58,687 nucleotides of DNA from NCBI GenBank assembly GCA_038276285.1, contig JBBPZR010000077.1:1-58687 (forward strand), read 5' to 3'. Each line of letters starts with the position of its first letter. Position 1 is the stretch's first letter. Below are positions 1 to 9,884 of this stretch, piece by piece. The stretch comes from Mycobacteriales bacterium. GTDB lineage: Bacteria > Actinomycetota > Actinomycetes > Mycobacteriales > QHCA01. Both the position numbers and the translations under genes were made by a program. A model generated the notes under the pieces. The model made no database searches. It saw nothing but the letters and a program-made list of their open reading frames with translations, and was not told the origin of the DNA.

Positions 1-141
1 AAAGGACCAAGCGAACCGGCTTCGGATTCCGCTCCTTCCGCAACTACCGGCTCCGCCTCCTGCTCGCCTGCGGAGTCACCTGGCAGACTCACCAAACGAC
101 CCCGATCAGAGGCCGGCTACCACGCTTGGCTGCGTAGAGCC
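1..141 (+). mobile_element. ISL3-family IS, 3' end (transposase C-terminus and right end), cut by the window edge
   Basis: Frame from base 3 reads RTKRTGFGFRSFRNYRLRLLLACG...PRLAA* (TAG 135-137), matching the ISL3 C-terminal KR..FGFR...NYR.R motif. It ends in AGAGCC at 141, the reverse complement of the ISL3-type GGCTCT terminus. Confidence 0.75.
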
Positions 142-230
142 ACATTTCCTGGCGGAACCGGCACGCCCACGATCGCGATGCAAGCTCCGCGAGATCATCA
201 AGAAGGCGAACGTTGCCTGACGCGGCACTA
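142..230 (+). mobile_element. IS630-family transposase C-terminal remnant and right end
   Basis: ISWRNRHAHDR then, after a frameshift, KLREIIKKANVA* (TGA 218-220), followed by CGCGGCACTA. Resembles actinobacterial IS630 C-termini (WRNRHA...RANVA) with a terminal TA. Confidence 0.55.
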
Positions 231-377
231 GACGCTATGTAGGTCAGCCGAAACGGTCGGGATGCTCCAGCCGCCCGGGCGTGCTTGCCACGCGGGCCCC
301 TTCGTTCCCCGTTGCGCCCTGAACGGATCAGCGATCTTCCGGGTCACAGTGCGGGGGCGGTTCGCTACCGTCCAGGT

Positions 378-1272
378 ATGAAAGCAGCAATCCGCACCAG
401 ATACGGCCCGCCGGCAGTGGTCCGGGTCTCAGAAGCGGAGGAGCCGACCACCAGAGACAACGAGGTGCTCGTCAAGGTTCACGCGACGACGGTGAATCGG
501 ACGGACTGTGCCTGCCGGGCTGCCAAGCCCTTCTTCATGAGATTCTTCACCGGGCTTATCGGGCCACGGGCGACGGTCTTGGGGAATGAGTTTGCGGGAG
601 TAGTCGTGGCGGTCGGCAGTGGCGTCACGTCTTTCGAGGTCGGCGACAGAGTGTTCGGATACAACGAGGGCCCGTTCGGTGCTCATGCCGAGTACATGTC
701 GATTCCCGAGGACGGATCGCTCGCGACCATGCCGGCGAACTTGACCTACGAGGAGGCCGCTCCCAGTACCGAGGGTTCGCACTATGCCCTCTCGCACATC
801 AGGGCGACAAAGGTCCAAAGCGGGCAAGACATCCTCGTCAATGGCGCAACCGGAGCTGTTGGCTCAGCGGCGATCCAGCTGTTGAAGAGTCTCGGTGCCA
901 ACGTGACCGCGGTCTGCGACAAAGACAGCGTGGAGCTGGTCAGGGGCTTGGGCGCCGACCAGGGTCATCGACTACGCGGCCGAGGATTTCACCAAGGACG
1001 AACAGACATACGACGTGGTCCTCGATGCGGTCGGCAAGAGCTCGTTCAGCCGATGCAAGCGACTCCTGAAACCGGGCGGAATCTACATCTCGTCGGAGCT
1101 GGGTCCGCTGGCCCAGAATCCGATCTTGGCGCTCATCGCCCCGCTTCTTGGCGGCAAGGTCATGTTTCCCATTCCGAAGCATGACCAGGAGATGGTGGGG
1201 TATCTCAAGGAACTGATCGAGTCCGGGGAGTTCAAGCCGGTAATCGACAGAATGTATCCGTTGGACCAGATC
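378..1272 (+). pseudogene. NAD(P)-dependent alcohol dehydrogenase / quinone oxidoreductase (MDR family), frameshifted and truncated
   Basis: ATG at 378 (MKAAIRTRYGPP), with LGNEFAG and NGATGAVG motifs. An extra base near 961 moves VIDYAAEDF...VLDAVGK into another frame. Similarity stops at YPLDQI (1272) without the normal C-terminus. Confidence 0.8.
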
Positions 1273-1453
1273 GGAGGATGTCCGGCCACCCCGCTCATGG
1301 GATAGCTGCGCCCGTGCCGCGGATCGGGGATGGATTGGTCATGGAGGTCCGAGCTGGCATACCAAGTCGGCACTCCGCACCCCGCGGCGGCCGGGAAGAG
1401 GGGCCGCCGCCGGTGTGCGGAGCGTTCAAGCCGCGACGAGGATGCGCTCGTCT

Positions 1454-1576
1454 GGCCGCCGCGTCGCCGGGGACGTACACCTTGGCGTCCACAATGGCGA
1501 TGGCAAAGCCGGCGGCGATGCCGTTGAGCAGGTAGAGGACGCCGGCGATTCTCGCGAGGCGCTTCGGTGAGTTCAT
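1454..1576 (-). pseudogene. DUF4386-like membrane protein, N-terminal fragment
   Basis: AAGGAG RBS, then MNSPKRLARIAGVLYLL...VYVPGDAAA. The sequence becomes unrelated below 1454. It is divergent from the TetR gene. Confidence 0.65.
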
Positions 1577-1635
1577 GGTGGTCTCTCCTTCGGTGCGGCC
1601 GCGCCCCGAGCGAGCCTCGGGACGATCCCTCGCAA

Positions 1636-1719
1636 CATACGTTGTAAGATTACGCTGTAAGTCACACACTTACGTCGTAAGCGTGTCAAGAGGAGCCCGA
1701 ATCACACTTACCTTGTACG
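1636..1719. promoter_or_regulatory. Four TetR operator-like palindromes, CTTAC-N3-GTAAG
   Basis: CATAC-GTT-GTAAG 1636-1648, ATTAC-GCT-GTAAG 1649-1661, CTTAC-GTC-GTAAG 1669-1681 and CTTAC-CTT-GTACG 1707-1719, all in the divergent intergenic region. Confidence 0.75.
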
Positions 1720-1738
1720 TTAGAGTCACCCACGGAGG

Positions 1739-2425
1739 ATGCAGATGGCCACCCAGACCGACCTGAGCGCCAAGCCCCGAACCCCGTTGAGCAGGGAGCG
1801 CGTGCTGTGCGCCGCCATCGTTCTTGCCGACAGGGGCGGGATCGAGTCACTCACCATGCGCCGGCTCGGACACGACCTCCGGGTCGAGGCGATGTCGCTC
1901 TACAACCACGTCGCTGACAAGGACGACATCCTCGATGGCATCGTCGATCTCGTTTTCAGCGAGATCGCTATGCCGTCCGGCCGAGCTGACTGGAAGACGG
2001 CCATGCGTCTTCGAGCGATCTCGGCCCGCGAAGTTCTCCTGCGCCACCCCTGGGCGAGCAGCCTGATGCAGTCGCGGACCAAACCCGGTCCCGCGACCCT
2101 TCGACACCACGACTCGGTGATCGGAAGCCTTCGGGAGGCAGGCTTCACGGTCGGCATGGCCGCCCACGCGTTCTCGGTCATGGACAGCTACATCTATGGC
2201 TTTGCCCAGCAGCAGCAGAACTTGACGTTCACCACCTCGGAGGAGGCTGCTGTTGTAGCGGAGAACATCCTCCGGCAGCTCCCCGCCGACGAGTATCCGC
2301 ATCTCGCCGAGATGATCATCGAGCATGCAATGAAGCCCGGCTACGACTACGCGGAAGAGTTCGAGTTCGGGCTAGATCTGATCCTTAACGGCCTCGAGAG
2401 GCCCCTGCGCAATGCACGAAACTGA
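1739..2425 (+). CDS. TetR/AcrR-family regulator with TetR_C domain
   Basis: LSRERV...LTMRRLG..L.VEAMSLYNHV..KDDI HTH and C-terminal EFEFGLDLIL. GGAGG RBS; the start could be 1745. Confidence 0.92.
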   Translation: MQMATQTDLSAKPRTPLSRERVLCAAIVLADRGGIESLTMRRLGHDLRVEAMSLYNHVADKDDILDGIVDLVFSEIAMPSGRADWKTAMRLRAISAREVLLRHPWASSLMQSRTKPGPATLRHHDSVIGSLREAGFTVGMAAHAFSVMDSYIYGFAQQQQNLTFTTSEEAAVVAENILRQLPADEYPHLAEMIIEHAMKPGYDYAEEFEFGLDLILNGLERPLRNARN

Positions 2426-2605
2426 TGGCCCCTGGTTCCAAGGTCGCGAAGCCGCGTTCAAGACGAGTTCCCAAGCCTGGCTGCGCGCCTTCAACTACGC
2501 GTTCCCACACTCGGCCCGCTGTCTTTGTTGACAGCGCTTGGCTCGGCTCACGCAAGCCGCTATCGCCGCCCAAACCAGCCGGTCATCGATGAGGTCGTCG
2601 CCGCA

Positions 2606-4165
2606 TCACCCAGCGGACCCTCGAGGGACCAGCGCTGGACTGGCTGCCCGCACCCCTGACGCCCCGCTGCCCCGACCCTCAGTGACGATGATCTCATCCA
2701 TTCCGGTTCCCGGCACGCACAACTTCCTCGGGCATGGCCCCCTCGGCGCCAATACGAACCCCTGGCAGGACGGGTGGAACCGGAAGCCGGTGGCAGCGTG
2801 GCCAGGCGTCCCATTGCCGGGGAGCAACCAGACGGTGGCCTTTCCCGCACGGCGCGCTCGGTAGTGGAGATTGAGGTAGGCGGTGAGCCCGATCGGATAG
2901 CCGCTGCTAGCCCCAGTTGCCATGACAACGGCGGCGGCGCAGGGCAGTTGACGCTCCAGGGTCGAGCCCTTGATCAGCGGCCTGACGTTCCAGAAGTACG
3001 GCGTTAACGGCGGCCGGCGAGCCAGGAACGGAAATTCGTAGCGGTCGGCCAGGACAAGGCCACCTGGCGGGGTTTCGCTCCGCAGCAGGTCCACGGTCGG
3101 CGCGATGTCGGACAGGCGTGCAGCTGTCACGTAGAGCGGTCGATCGCTGCCGAGGGCGGTGACCACCGCAACCCAGATCAGCCCGCAGCAGGCCAGCAGC
3201 GTGACTGTGCGGTAGATCGGCCAGCGCATGCGGGCCAGGAGAGGGGCCGAGAGCAGCGCCGCGAAGGGCGCACAGAACAGGAAGTAGTGGTAGTAGTCCT
3301 GCGGCGCCAGCAGCATGGCGCCACCGATGAGGAACCCCGCCTTCACCCACAGCGGTGCTCGCCGGGCCAGTCCGAGCACGGCCAACGGAGTGACGACCAG
3401 CCAGTAGAGACCGGCAGTGGCGAGCCGCTCGTCCAGCGGCATGGAGCCGCGACCGTCCTGGAAGACGATCGTCTGCTGGTGCAGCTCATGCGCGTTCGGA
3501 AGGTACGGGGCGAGCACCAGCAGCAGTGCGGCCCCGCTGCCGACCAGAGTCGCCCAGGACCTTCGGGGCGCGGCCAGGACATACACCGGCAGCAGCAGCA
3601 CGGCCGCGTACTTGGTGCTGATCGCCAGGCCAAGCACACCGCCGGCCAAGACCGCCCCACGCGCAGACGTTGTGCGCACGAGTACGCAGAGGCCCGCCAC
3701 GCCGAGAAAGGCGATCAGTGGATCAGGTCCGATCCGCACACCGGCAATAAGAGCGAGCGGGCTGGCGGCGTAGGCGAATCCGGCTGCCAATGCCGCCCGA
3801 CGGCGCATGAAGCTGCAGCCGATGGCGTAGGTCAGCGCCGCGGTGCCGGAGTCGACAAGACCGGTGAAGGCCCGGGCGGCCGGCCACCACATCGAGGTCA
3901 GTGGGTCGAGGGCCCGACCCACCAGCAAAGACCCCGGGGGGTGGAAGAAGACGAAGTCGCGGTACGGATGAAAGCCGTGGGCGAACTGTCGGCTCAGGGC
4001 CAGCACGACGAACTCGTCGTAGTCGTACGTGCCGGACAGGACGGCTCCGGCCACCAACCGGAGGCCGGCGGCCACGAGGAAGACGATCGCCAGGTCTCGC
4101 CGCATCGTCGAGGGCGGGCCGGCTTCCGTGGGCGGCGGGTCGACCCTCCGCCGCAAGCTCAACAT
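2606..4165 (-). CDS. GT-C-type (ArnT/PMT, GT39/GT87-like) polytopic membrane glycosyltransferase
   Basis: YDE after TM1, PYRDFVFFHPPG loop, K-Y in LAISTKY, YYHYF motif and many TM helices. The start may be about 4105. Confidence 0.7.
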   Translation of the reverse strand: MLSLRRRVDPPPTEAGPPSTMRRDLAIVFLVAAGLRLVAGAVLSGTYDYDEFVVLALSRQFAHGFHPYRDFVFFHPPGSLLVGRALDPLTSMWWPAARAFTGLVDSGTAALTYAIGCSFMRRRAALAAGFAYAASPLALIAGVRIGPDPLIAFLGVAGLCVLVRTTSARGAVLAGGVLGLAISTKYAAVLLLPVYVLAAPRRSWATLVGSGAALLLVLAPYLPNAHELHQQTIVFQDGRGSMPLDERLATAGLYWLVVTPLAVLGLARRAPLWVKAGFLIGGAMLLAPQDYYHYFLFCAPFAALLSAPLLARMRWPIYRTVTLLACCGLIWVAVVTALGSDRPLYVTAARLSDIAPTVDLLRSETPPGGLVLADRYEFPFLARRPPLTPYFWNVRPLIKGSTLERQLPCAAAVVMATGASSGYPIGLTAYLNLHYRARRAGKATVWLLPGNGTPGHAATGFRFHPSCQGFVLAPRGPCPRKLCVPGTGMDEIIVTEGRGSGASGVRAASPALVPRGSAG

Positions 4166-5721
4166 CGCCGCCTCTGCACCACATGCCAGTCACTCGAGAT
4201 GCGGTAGCGACCCGCCCGGGCAACGGTCACCGCGGTCCAGCCCCGCGTCGGCGCCATGCAGCCACCGCCGGGGCCGGCCAAGGTCGTCCACCGTGAAAAG
4301 CGCAGGCGCACGACCACTCGGCCGGGCCGATCGGTTTCGAAGCTCACGCCAGCCGGGTCCGACGACACCAGCCGGCCGGGCCTGCTCACTACCGGCTCGG
4401 CATCCTGCACTAGATACAACTGCCAATCGCGGCTGGACCAGACCTGCCGAAGATAGGGCAGCCCGGTTCCGATGAGGGCCAGTTCCCGGATTCCGGCTGG
4501 GTCGACTGCCTGCGCCCGCGGCACCGCCACCACGGCGACCGCGTTTTCGGCCAGCCAGTGCTGGTAGGTCCCCGCGGTGAGCGCGCCGTAATAGAACAAT
4601 CGATTGCGTCCCACGTCGGCCTGGCGCTCCCACCCGCGAGCCAGGGGAATCGTCTCAGCGATATATGTCGCCTCCCAGTGGTCGCGCAACGGGACTACCT
4701 CGACGCGGCCAACCGGCTGGCGTCGCTCCAACTGCTCCACCAGCGGTGCGAAGTATCCGGCGGATGTGCTGCGTTCCCCGGCTCCCGTCACGTCGGAGGT
4801 GATCAGCGGCGGCTGCCACCACAGCATCGCCGCGACGGCGACGGCGAGCCGCAGCGGCGGCAGCGCGGCCGTCGCAGCCACTACCGGGACAGCGAACAGA
4901 AGCGGCAACCGCGCGGTGTTCCCGCCCAGCGGGGTGTTCACGACGTGGCCCGCTAGCACTGCGACCGCCGTCAACGCGGCGCCGATACGCACCACGCGAT
5001 ACTGGGCGGGCACCAGGACCGCGACGAAGATGGCGAGCAGGACGAAGATCGTCGCCTGCTCCGCAGAGAACGGGCTGACCCCACCGTCGCTGAAGACGAC
5101 CGCCGCCAGCAGCAGCGGACCGGCCGCACCGGCGATGAGGGACCCACCGCCGCGCCGGCGCCCGGCCATGATCAGCGCGACCCCCGCGATAGCGAGGAAC
5201 ACGCCGGCAACAGGGCTGGCCGCAGCGCTGAGGGCAGCGACACAGACCGCGGCCGCGGCTCGGCGCATGCTGATGGCATGACCGCCGGTGAGCAGGCACG
5301 TCGCCAGGAGTCCCAGCGCAAGCCCGACCGCGAAGGTGGTACGCCCACTCACCACGTTGAAGACCATGCTGGCCGCGCCGAGCAGACCACCGAGCACCGG
5401 CCGAGGGACCCGGGCGCGCGTCAGCAGGTAGGCGAAGGCCACCGCGCCGACCACCGCTGCCATGGCGCCGACGAGACGAGCCCCGACAACCGCATCCAAA
5501 GGACCCGTGAGCAGGCTGTAGCCGTACGGGAACACCCCGCCGTACCAGCCGAAGTCCACTGGTCGAAGGCCGTACAAGCGAACGAACTCCGCGCGCGCCA
5601 CCTGTGCCGACAGGTCGGTGCCGGCCACGGGTGACAGCAGATACGTCGTCGCCAGGGCGACCGCGACGACCGCGGCGGCAACGACCGGCTGCCGCGCGAC
5701 GCGCATCTGGTGCCGAAGCAC
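4159..5721 (-). CDS. Polytopic membrane protein with extracytoplasmic C-terminal domain (possible GT-C-like)
   Basis: DLSAQ..RA, WYGG..PYGYS, SGRTTF, GGN..R and LARGWERQ motifs, about 10 TM segments. Overlaps the downstream gene. Confidence 0.7.
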   Translation of the reverse strand: MLRHQMRVARQPVVAAAVVAVALATTYLLSPVAGTDLSAQVARAEFVRLYGLRPVDFGWYGGVFPYGYSLLTGPLDAVVGARLVGAMAAVVGAVAFAYLLTRARVPRPVLGGLLGAASMVFNVVSGRTTFAVGLALGLLATCLLTGGHAISMRRAAAAVCVAALSAAASPVAGVFLAIAGVALIMAGRRRGGGSLIAGAAGPLLLAAVVFSDGGVSPFSAEQATIFVLLAIFVAVLVPAQYRVVRIGAALTAVAVLAGHVVNTPLGGNTARLPLLFAVPVVAATAALPPLRLAVAVAAMLWWQPPLITSDVTGAGERSTSAGYFAPLVEQLERRQPVGRVEVVPLRDHWEATYIAETIPLARGWERQADVGRNRLFYYGALTAGTYQHWLAENAVAVVAVPRAQAVDPAGIRELALIGTGLPYLRQVWSSRDWQLYLVQDAEPVVSRPGRLVSSDPAGVSFETDRPGRVVVRLRFSRWTTLAGPGGGCMAPTRGWTAVTVARAGRYRISSDWHVVQRRRC

Positions 5722-5725
5722 GGCG

Positions 5726-7777
5726 CTACCCCGCGCGCCGCGCCGACATGGTCGGGCCGATTCGGGGTTTCAGCAGGAAGGCGACGAGGTACAGACCTGC
5801 GGCAACCACCAGCAGAGCGCGGTAGCCGACCACAAGCGAGGCGTACTCCAGGGTGCCGCCCAACAGGGCACCGATCAGGTTGGCGCCGAAGGCCGCCGTC
5901 GCGCCGCTCGAGTCGGCGAACCGCGACGCGAAAATGAGGTTCGCGCAGAACACGGGCGCGAAGGCCAATGCCACCGCCGCTCCGAGCCGCACCGGCGTCG
6001 ACAGTGTCAGCAGGGAGGAGAGGGGAACGGCGAAGGCGATGGCGAGGGTTCCGGCGAGGAAGCCGTACAGCCAGGGCAGGCTCGGCAGCCGCACCCGCCG
6101 GCTCGTCTCCACCGCGGACAGGACGGCGAGCAGCACCCCGGCGAACACGATGGCGTTCACCAGCCAGGTCGAGCCGAAGAGCAGCGCGAAGCCGGTGACG
6201 TAGCGGGTCTCCAGTAGCAGAAACGCCGCTCCCATGAAGAACAGGTCGGAGTACGGTCGCATCTGCCGAAGCGGACCGGCGACGGCGCGTACCGCGATCA
6301 GCGCCGCGAGCAGCACGCCGAGCAGCACCCAGAGGTAGTAGCTCGGGATTCCGGGCTTGAAGAGGTAGGGAAACGGGTGGTCGTCAGTGGCCGGCATCGG
6401 TGTGCTGGCCTGGCTCGACTTCCAAGTGTGATCGCAACTCTGGTCCGTCGGAGCCCGCCCCACCACCAGGGCGGCCCGATGGTTGCCACCACCCACCGAG
6501 TCGATGCAGGGGGCATGACCGAAGACGTCGGCCAGGGTTTGCCCGTACCGGTCGATGAGCCAGGTCTTGCGATAGCTGTTGTACATCGCAAAGGAGCCGC
6601 CGATGGCCAGGTGCGACCGCGCCACCTCGATGGCCTCACGAGTGAAAAGGTAGCTCTCCAGGCGCAGCGAGCTGTTGCCTGAGACCAGCGTCAAGGAGTC
6701 CGGCAACGCGAAGATGACCAGGTCGTATTTCGTGGTCGTACGCTGCAGGAAGGCGCGACCGTCGTCAATGACCAGGTGCACGCGCGGGTCCTGATACGGA
6801 TGGTTGGGATGCCGCTGACGGCCGATTTCGGCCAGCCGCGGATCGATCTCGACGGCGTCCACCGACCCGGCGCCCCGGGCCAGAGCTACCGCCACGTCGG
6901 TGCCGTTGCCCGCCCCGACGATGAGCACGTGCCGTAGCCGGTTGCTGACGATGCGCTGGTACGGCGCCGCTCGAAGCCCGACGGGGGATTTGGTGATGTC
7001 GATGATGCTCTGGTGCGGTACGCCGTTGACCGCGATGTCGGCGCGGCCCGGGAAATCGCGGACCCGAATCTCGTAGTACGGCGACCAGCTGACGCCCGCG
7101 CTGGCCGACTCGGCGCCCAGCAGCAGCACGAGCAGGATCAGGGCGACGGCCGGCACCCGCGGAGTCCGGCGGCCGTGCAGGGCGACGAATCCGGCCGAGG
7201 CGATCAGCCCCCAGCCGATCGGCGGCGCGCCGAGGAACGACAGTGCGGTGAAGAGAGTGATCCCCAGCAGGCTGCCGATCAGATCGAGACGATAGGCAGT
7301 GAGCGCGGGAAAGTCGCCGAACATCCGACCGACGCCCTCGCCCAGGCAGGTCATCACCGCCGCCACGGCCAGGAAGATCAACGGCAGCGTGACCCAGGCC
7401 GGTGCGCCGGTAGGCTTGATGCCCGTGAAATACAGAATCTGGTCGCTGTTCTGGTTGACCTGGACCGGAAAGGCCAGGATCAGGGCTACGAAGGGCGCGA
7501 GGAAAACCGGCCACCACCTCGACATGTCGCGCTTGCGATGCGCGCGCAGGAAGCCCAGCCCGACGCCGAGGAACGAGCCGAGCAGGATGAAGTTCGAGAA
7601 ATAGCTCAGGTGCAGGACGTTGGCCCCGGTCCACCGGATCAGGGCCAACTCGACGAACAGGACCAACCCGCTCGCCACCACCAACCGCCACGGAGGTGTC
7701 CCTCCGCGCGTCCGGGCCGGTGCCGACGCGCGCTCGGCCGACTCGGCCACCCCGGTTCCGCTCTCGGTCGACGGCAT
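5726..7777 (-). CDS. Membrane-fused spermidine-synthase-like SAM-binding protein
   Basis: N-terminal TMs (LFVELALIRW), central LIVGAGNGTD / VEIDP / DDGR / YDLVIF class I SAM fold, ATDDHPF, then C-terminal TMs. Confidence 0.85.
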   Translation of the reverse strand: MPSTESGTGVAESAERASAPARTRGGTPPWRLVVASGLVLFVELALIRWTGANVLHLSYFSNFILLGSFLGVGLGFLRAHRKRDMSRWWPVFLAPFVALILAFPVQVNQNSDQILYFTGIKPTGAPAWVTLPLIFLAVAAVMTCLGEGVGRMFGDFPALTAYRLDLIGSLLGITLFTALSFLGAPPIGWGLIASAGFVALHGRRTPRVPAVALILLVLLLGAESASAGVSWSPYYEIRVRDFPGRADIAVNGVPHQSIIDITKSPVGLRAAPYQRIVSNRLRHVLIVGAGNGTDVAVALARGAGSVDAVEIDPRLAEIGRQRHPNHPYQDPRVHLVIDDGRAFLQRTTTKYDLVIFALPDSLTLVSGNSSLRLESYLFTREAIEVARSHLAIGGSFAMYNSYRKTWLIDRYGQTLADVFGHAPCIDSVGGGNHRAALVVGRAPTDQSCDHTWKSSQASTPMPATDDHPFPYLFKPGIPSYYLWVLLGVLLAALIAVRAVAGPLRQMRPYSDLFFMGAAFLLLETRYVTGFALLFGSTWLVNAIVFAGVLLAVLSAVETSRRVRLPSLPWLYGFLAGTLAIAFAVPLSSLLTLSTPVRLGAAVALAFAPVFCANLIFASRFADSSGATAAFGANLIGALLGGTLEYASLVVGYRALLVVAAGLYLVAFLLKPRIGPTMSARRAG

Positions 7778-7914
7778 CGTCGGAATCTACCCATCGCGCG
7801 GACGAGCGATCGGATGGCCCCGCTGACGCGCCGGGGTGGACTTGAATGCGCCGAGTCAGCCGACGGGCTGGCGGTACCACCTGCGTGCGATCGGTCCGGG
7901 GCTAGTGACCCCCT

Positions 7915-8080
7915 GGCCAGTGCTTACGACCCGTCAGGGATCGCGACCTACAGCCAGGCCGGAGCTGCCGGCGGCTACGGGATGCTGTGGGTGAGCCTGC
8001 TGACCCTGTCATTGATGGCCGCGGTGCAGGCGATCTGCGACCGTACGTCGCTGGCGCCGGACAAGGGCCTCGGGGAGGAA
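7915..8080 (+). pseudogene. NRAMP-family divalent metal transporter fragment
   Basis: DPSGIATYSQAGAAGGYGMLW...MAAVQAICDR...KGLGE is the NRAMP TM1-TM2 signature. There is no start and no continuation. Confidence 0.7.
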
Positions 8081-8419
8081 CATCGCCGCGGACCTAGTTG
8101 CGATCGGTTCGGGGATGACGCCGCCAACAGGCGGCCGTGGCTTGCTTCCCGACTGGTGCGTGGGGGCCCCGGTGACTCAAGCCCAGGGCTCGAGGTCAAC
8201 CCTCTCCGTAAGCAGGGCCGTTCCACCATTGGGGGCTGCGTCCCACAGCTCGTCGCTCGCACTCTGCCTGAGCTCCTCAAGCTGCTGGTCGGCGATGGGC
8301 ATGCAAATGAGTTCCAGCCGCACTAAAACATCATCTCCGGCGCTTGGGGATGCCCCTTCCACGCACAGCGATGGCGGGGTCGTCTCTGCACCCCGCGCAG
8401 TCCGACCCGTGTGTACCCT

Positions 8420-9841
8420 GTTGACTCACGTCAAGATGCGCGCGTAGCCGGCTTCGTTGACTCACGAGCGGATGCGCGCGTAGCTGAGGCCTGAAGTCCC
8501 GGTCTGCGGATGGCAGCGGCCTTGCTCGTGGTCAGGGTCAGCAGCTCGCCCGTGAGGGCCTGGATCTGACGCTGGGTGGCGGCCGGGTTCACACCGGCGA
8601 GGGTGTCGTTCATGATCGTCTTATCCTGGGCGGTGACTTTCTTGTGCTGCTCGGCCCGCCGGTGCGGCGTGGTCGGCCCGACACCTGGATCGTCCATATG
8701 TGCCAGTGACGCTGCCCGCCGACCGCAGGGCTTCGTACTTCTTGGTGATCTTCGCCCCGTCGCGGACCTTGGAGATCAGCTTCTGCTGGGGCAGGAAGTA
8801 GTTCGTGATCTTCGACTGCAGCACCCAGATCTTGTTCAGCAGCAACAGTTCTGCCGCTGTGTCGTAGCGGTGGTAGCCGACCACGGTCGGCACGATGGCC
8901 CAGTTCTTCTGCTCCACGTGCGCGCCGTCGTTGGAGTTCCCCGGACGGGACCGGGTGAAGGTGATCTTCCGTTTCTCGCACCAGTCGAGCAGGTGATGGT
9001 TGATGAACTCGCTGCCGTTGTCCGAGTCCACCCCGATGATGGGGAACGGCATGACCGTGGCGATGTCGGCCAGCGCGGCGATGACCCAACGGCGGGCCTT
9101 GTTGCGCACCGAGCGGTTCTCCGTCCAACCGGTCGCGATGTCCGTCACCGTAAGGGTGTAGGCGTGCTCACCCATGGCGTTGCCGCCCTCATGCCCGACC
9201 AGGTCGATCTCCACGAACCCCGGCACCGCGTCGTCCCACTGCGCCCACGTCCGGATCGGGATCTGGCTCTTCAGCAGAGACCCCGGCTTGGTGTGGCCCC
9301 GCAGGCTCATCGCAGCCCGCGCTGAAGCCAACCTCCGGTCCATCGTCGAGGCCCCCATCGCGAGCAACGCAGCCGCGACCTCGTCAGTCACCTCCAACTC
9401 CCCGAACCGCCGCAACCGCGGCACCAGGTCGGCCATCACCGGCTTGAGCCGCTTGCCCGTCGGCGCGCCCAGCACCGCCCATCAGAACCTCAGCGCGGCA
9501 ACGACATCCGCCCCGTACGTCGGCGGCCGGGGCCGGCGCGGCCGCGCCACCTTCGGCCGCAGAGCCGCCGCGAGGGCCTTACGGGCGTGGCTGCGATGCC
9601 AGCCCGTCGTCGCGCACAGCTCGTCCAAAATCGTGCCCTTGTCGGCCTTGCCCGCCCACTTGTAACGGGTCGCGTTCACCTTCGTCACTGCCCGCCGCTG
9701 GCTCATCGTCAGTCCCATGATCTGGACCTACCGAGAAGCTGGTCACCGGCCCGGTAGGCGCGCCCGACGCGCGCATCCGTGGGTGAGTCAACGACCGGAT
9801 GAATCCGCCCCGCCTTTCGCGCGCATTTTTGGTGAGTCAAC
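8420..9841 (-). mobile_element. Decayed IS with DDE integrase-core transposase (Rv2807/IS1604-like, ISNCY-type); transposase at 9718..8431
   Basis: EIDLVGHEGG, DSDNGSEFIN and RSRP...ND..HVEQKN motifs. In-frame TGA at 9482-9484 and an apparent 52-bp insertion at 8681-8732. Each end carries two copies of GTTGACTCAC-N5/6-ATGCGCGCG, inverted relative to the other end. Confidence 0.8.
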
Positions 9842-9884
9842 GCGTGTACGTGAAACGCGCACTCCGGCGAGCTAGCATGCGAGA

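Noticed and set aside
5726-7777. Calling this gene speE
   Set aside because: Aminopropyltransferase motifs are altered and the domain is embedded among TM helices.
8177-8362. 61-aa acidic minus-strand ORF
   Set aside because: No recognisable motif or RBS, in a decayed region.
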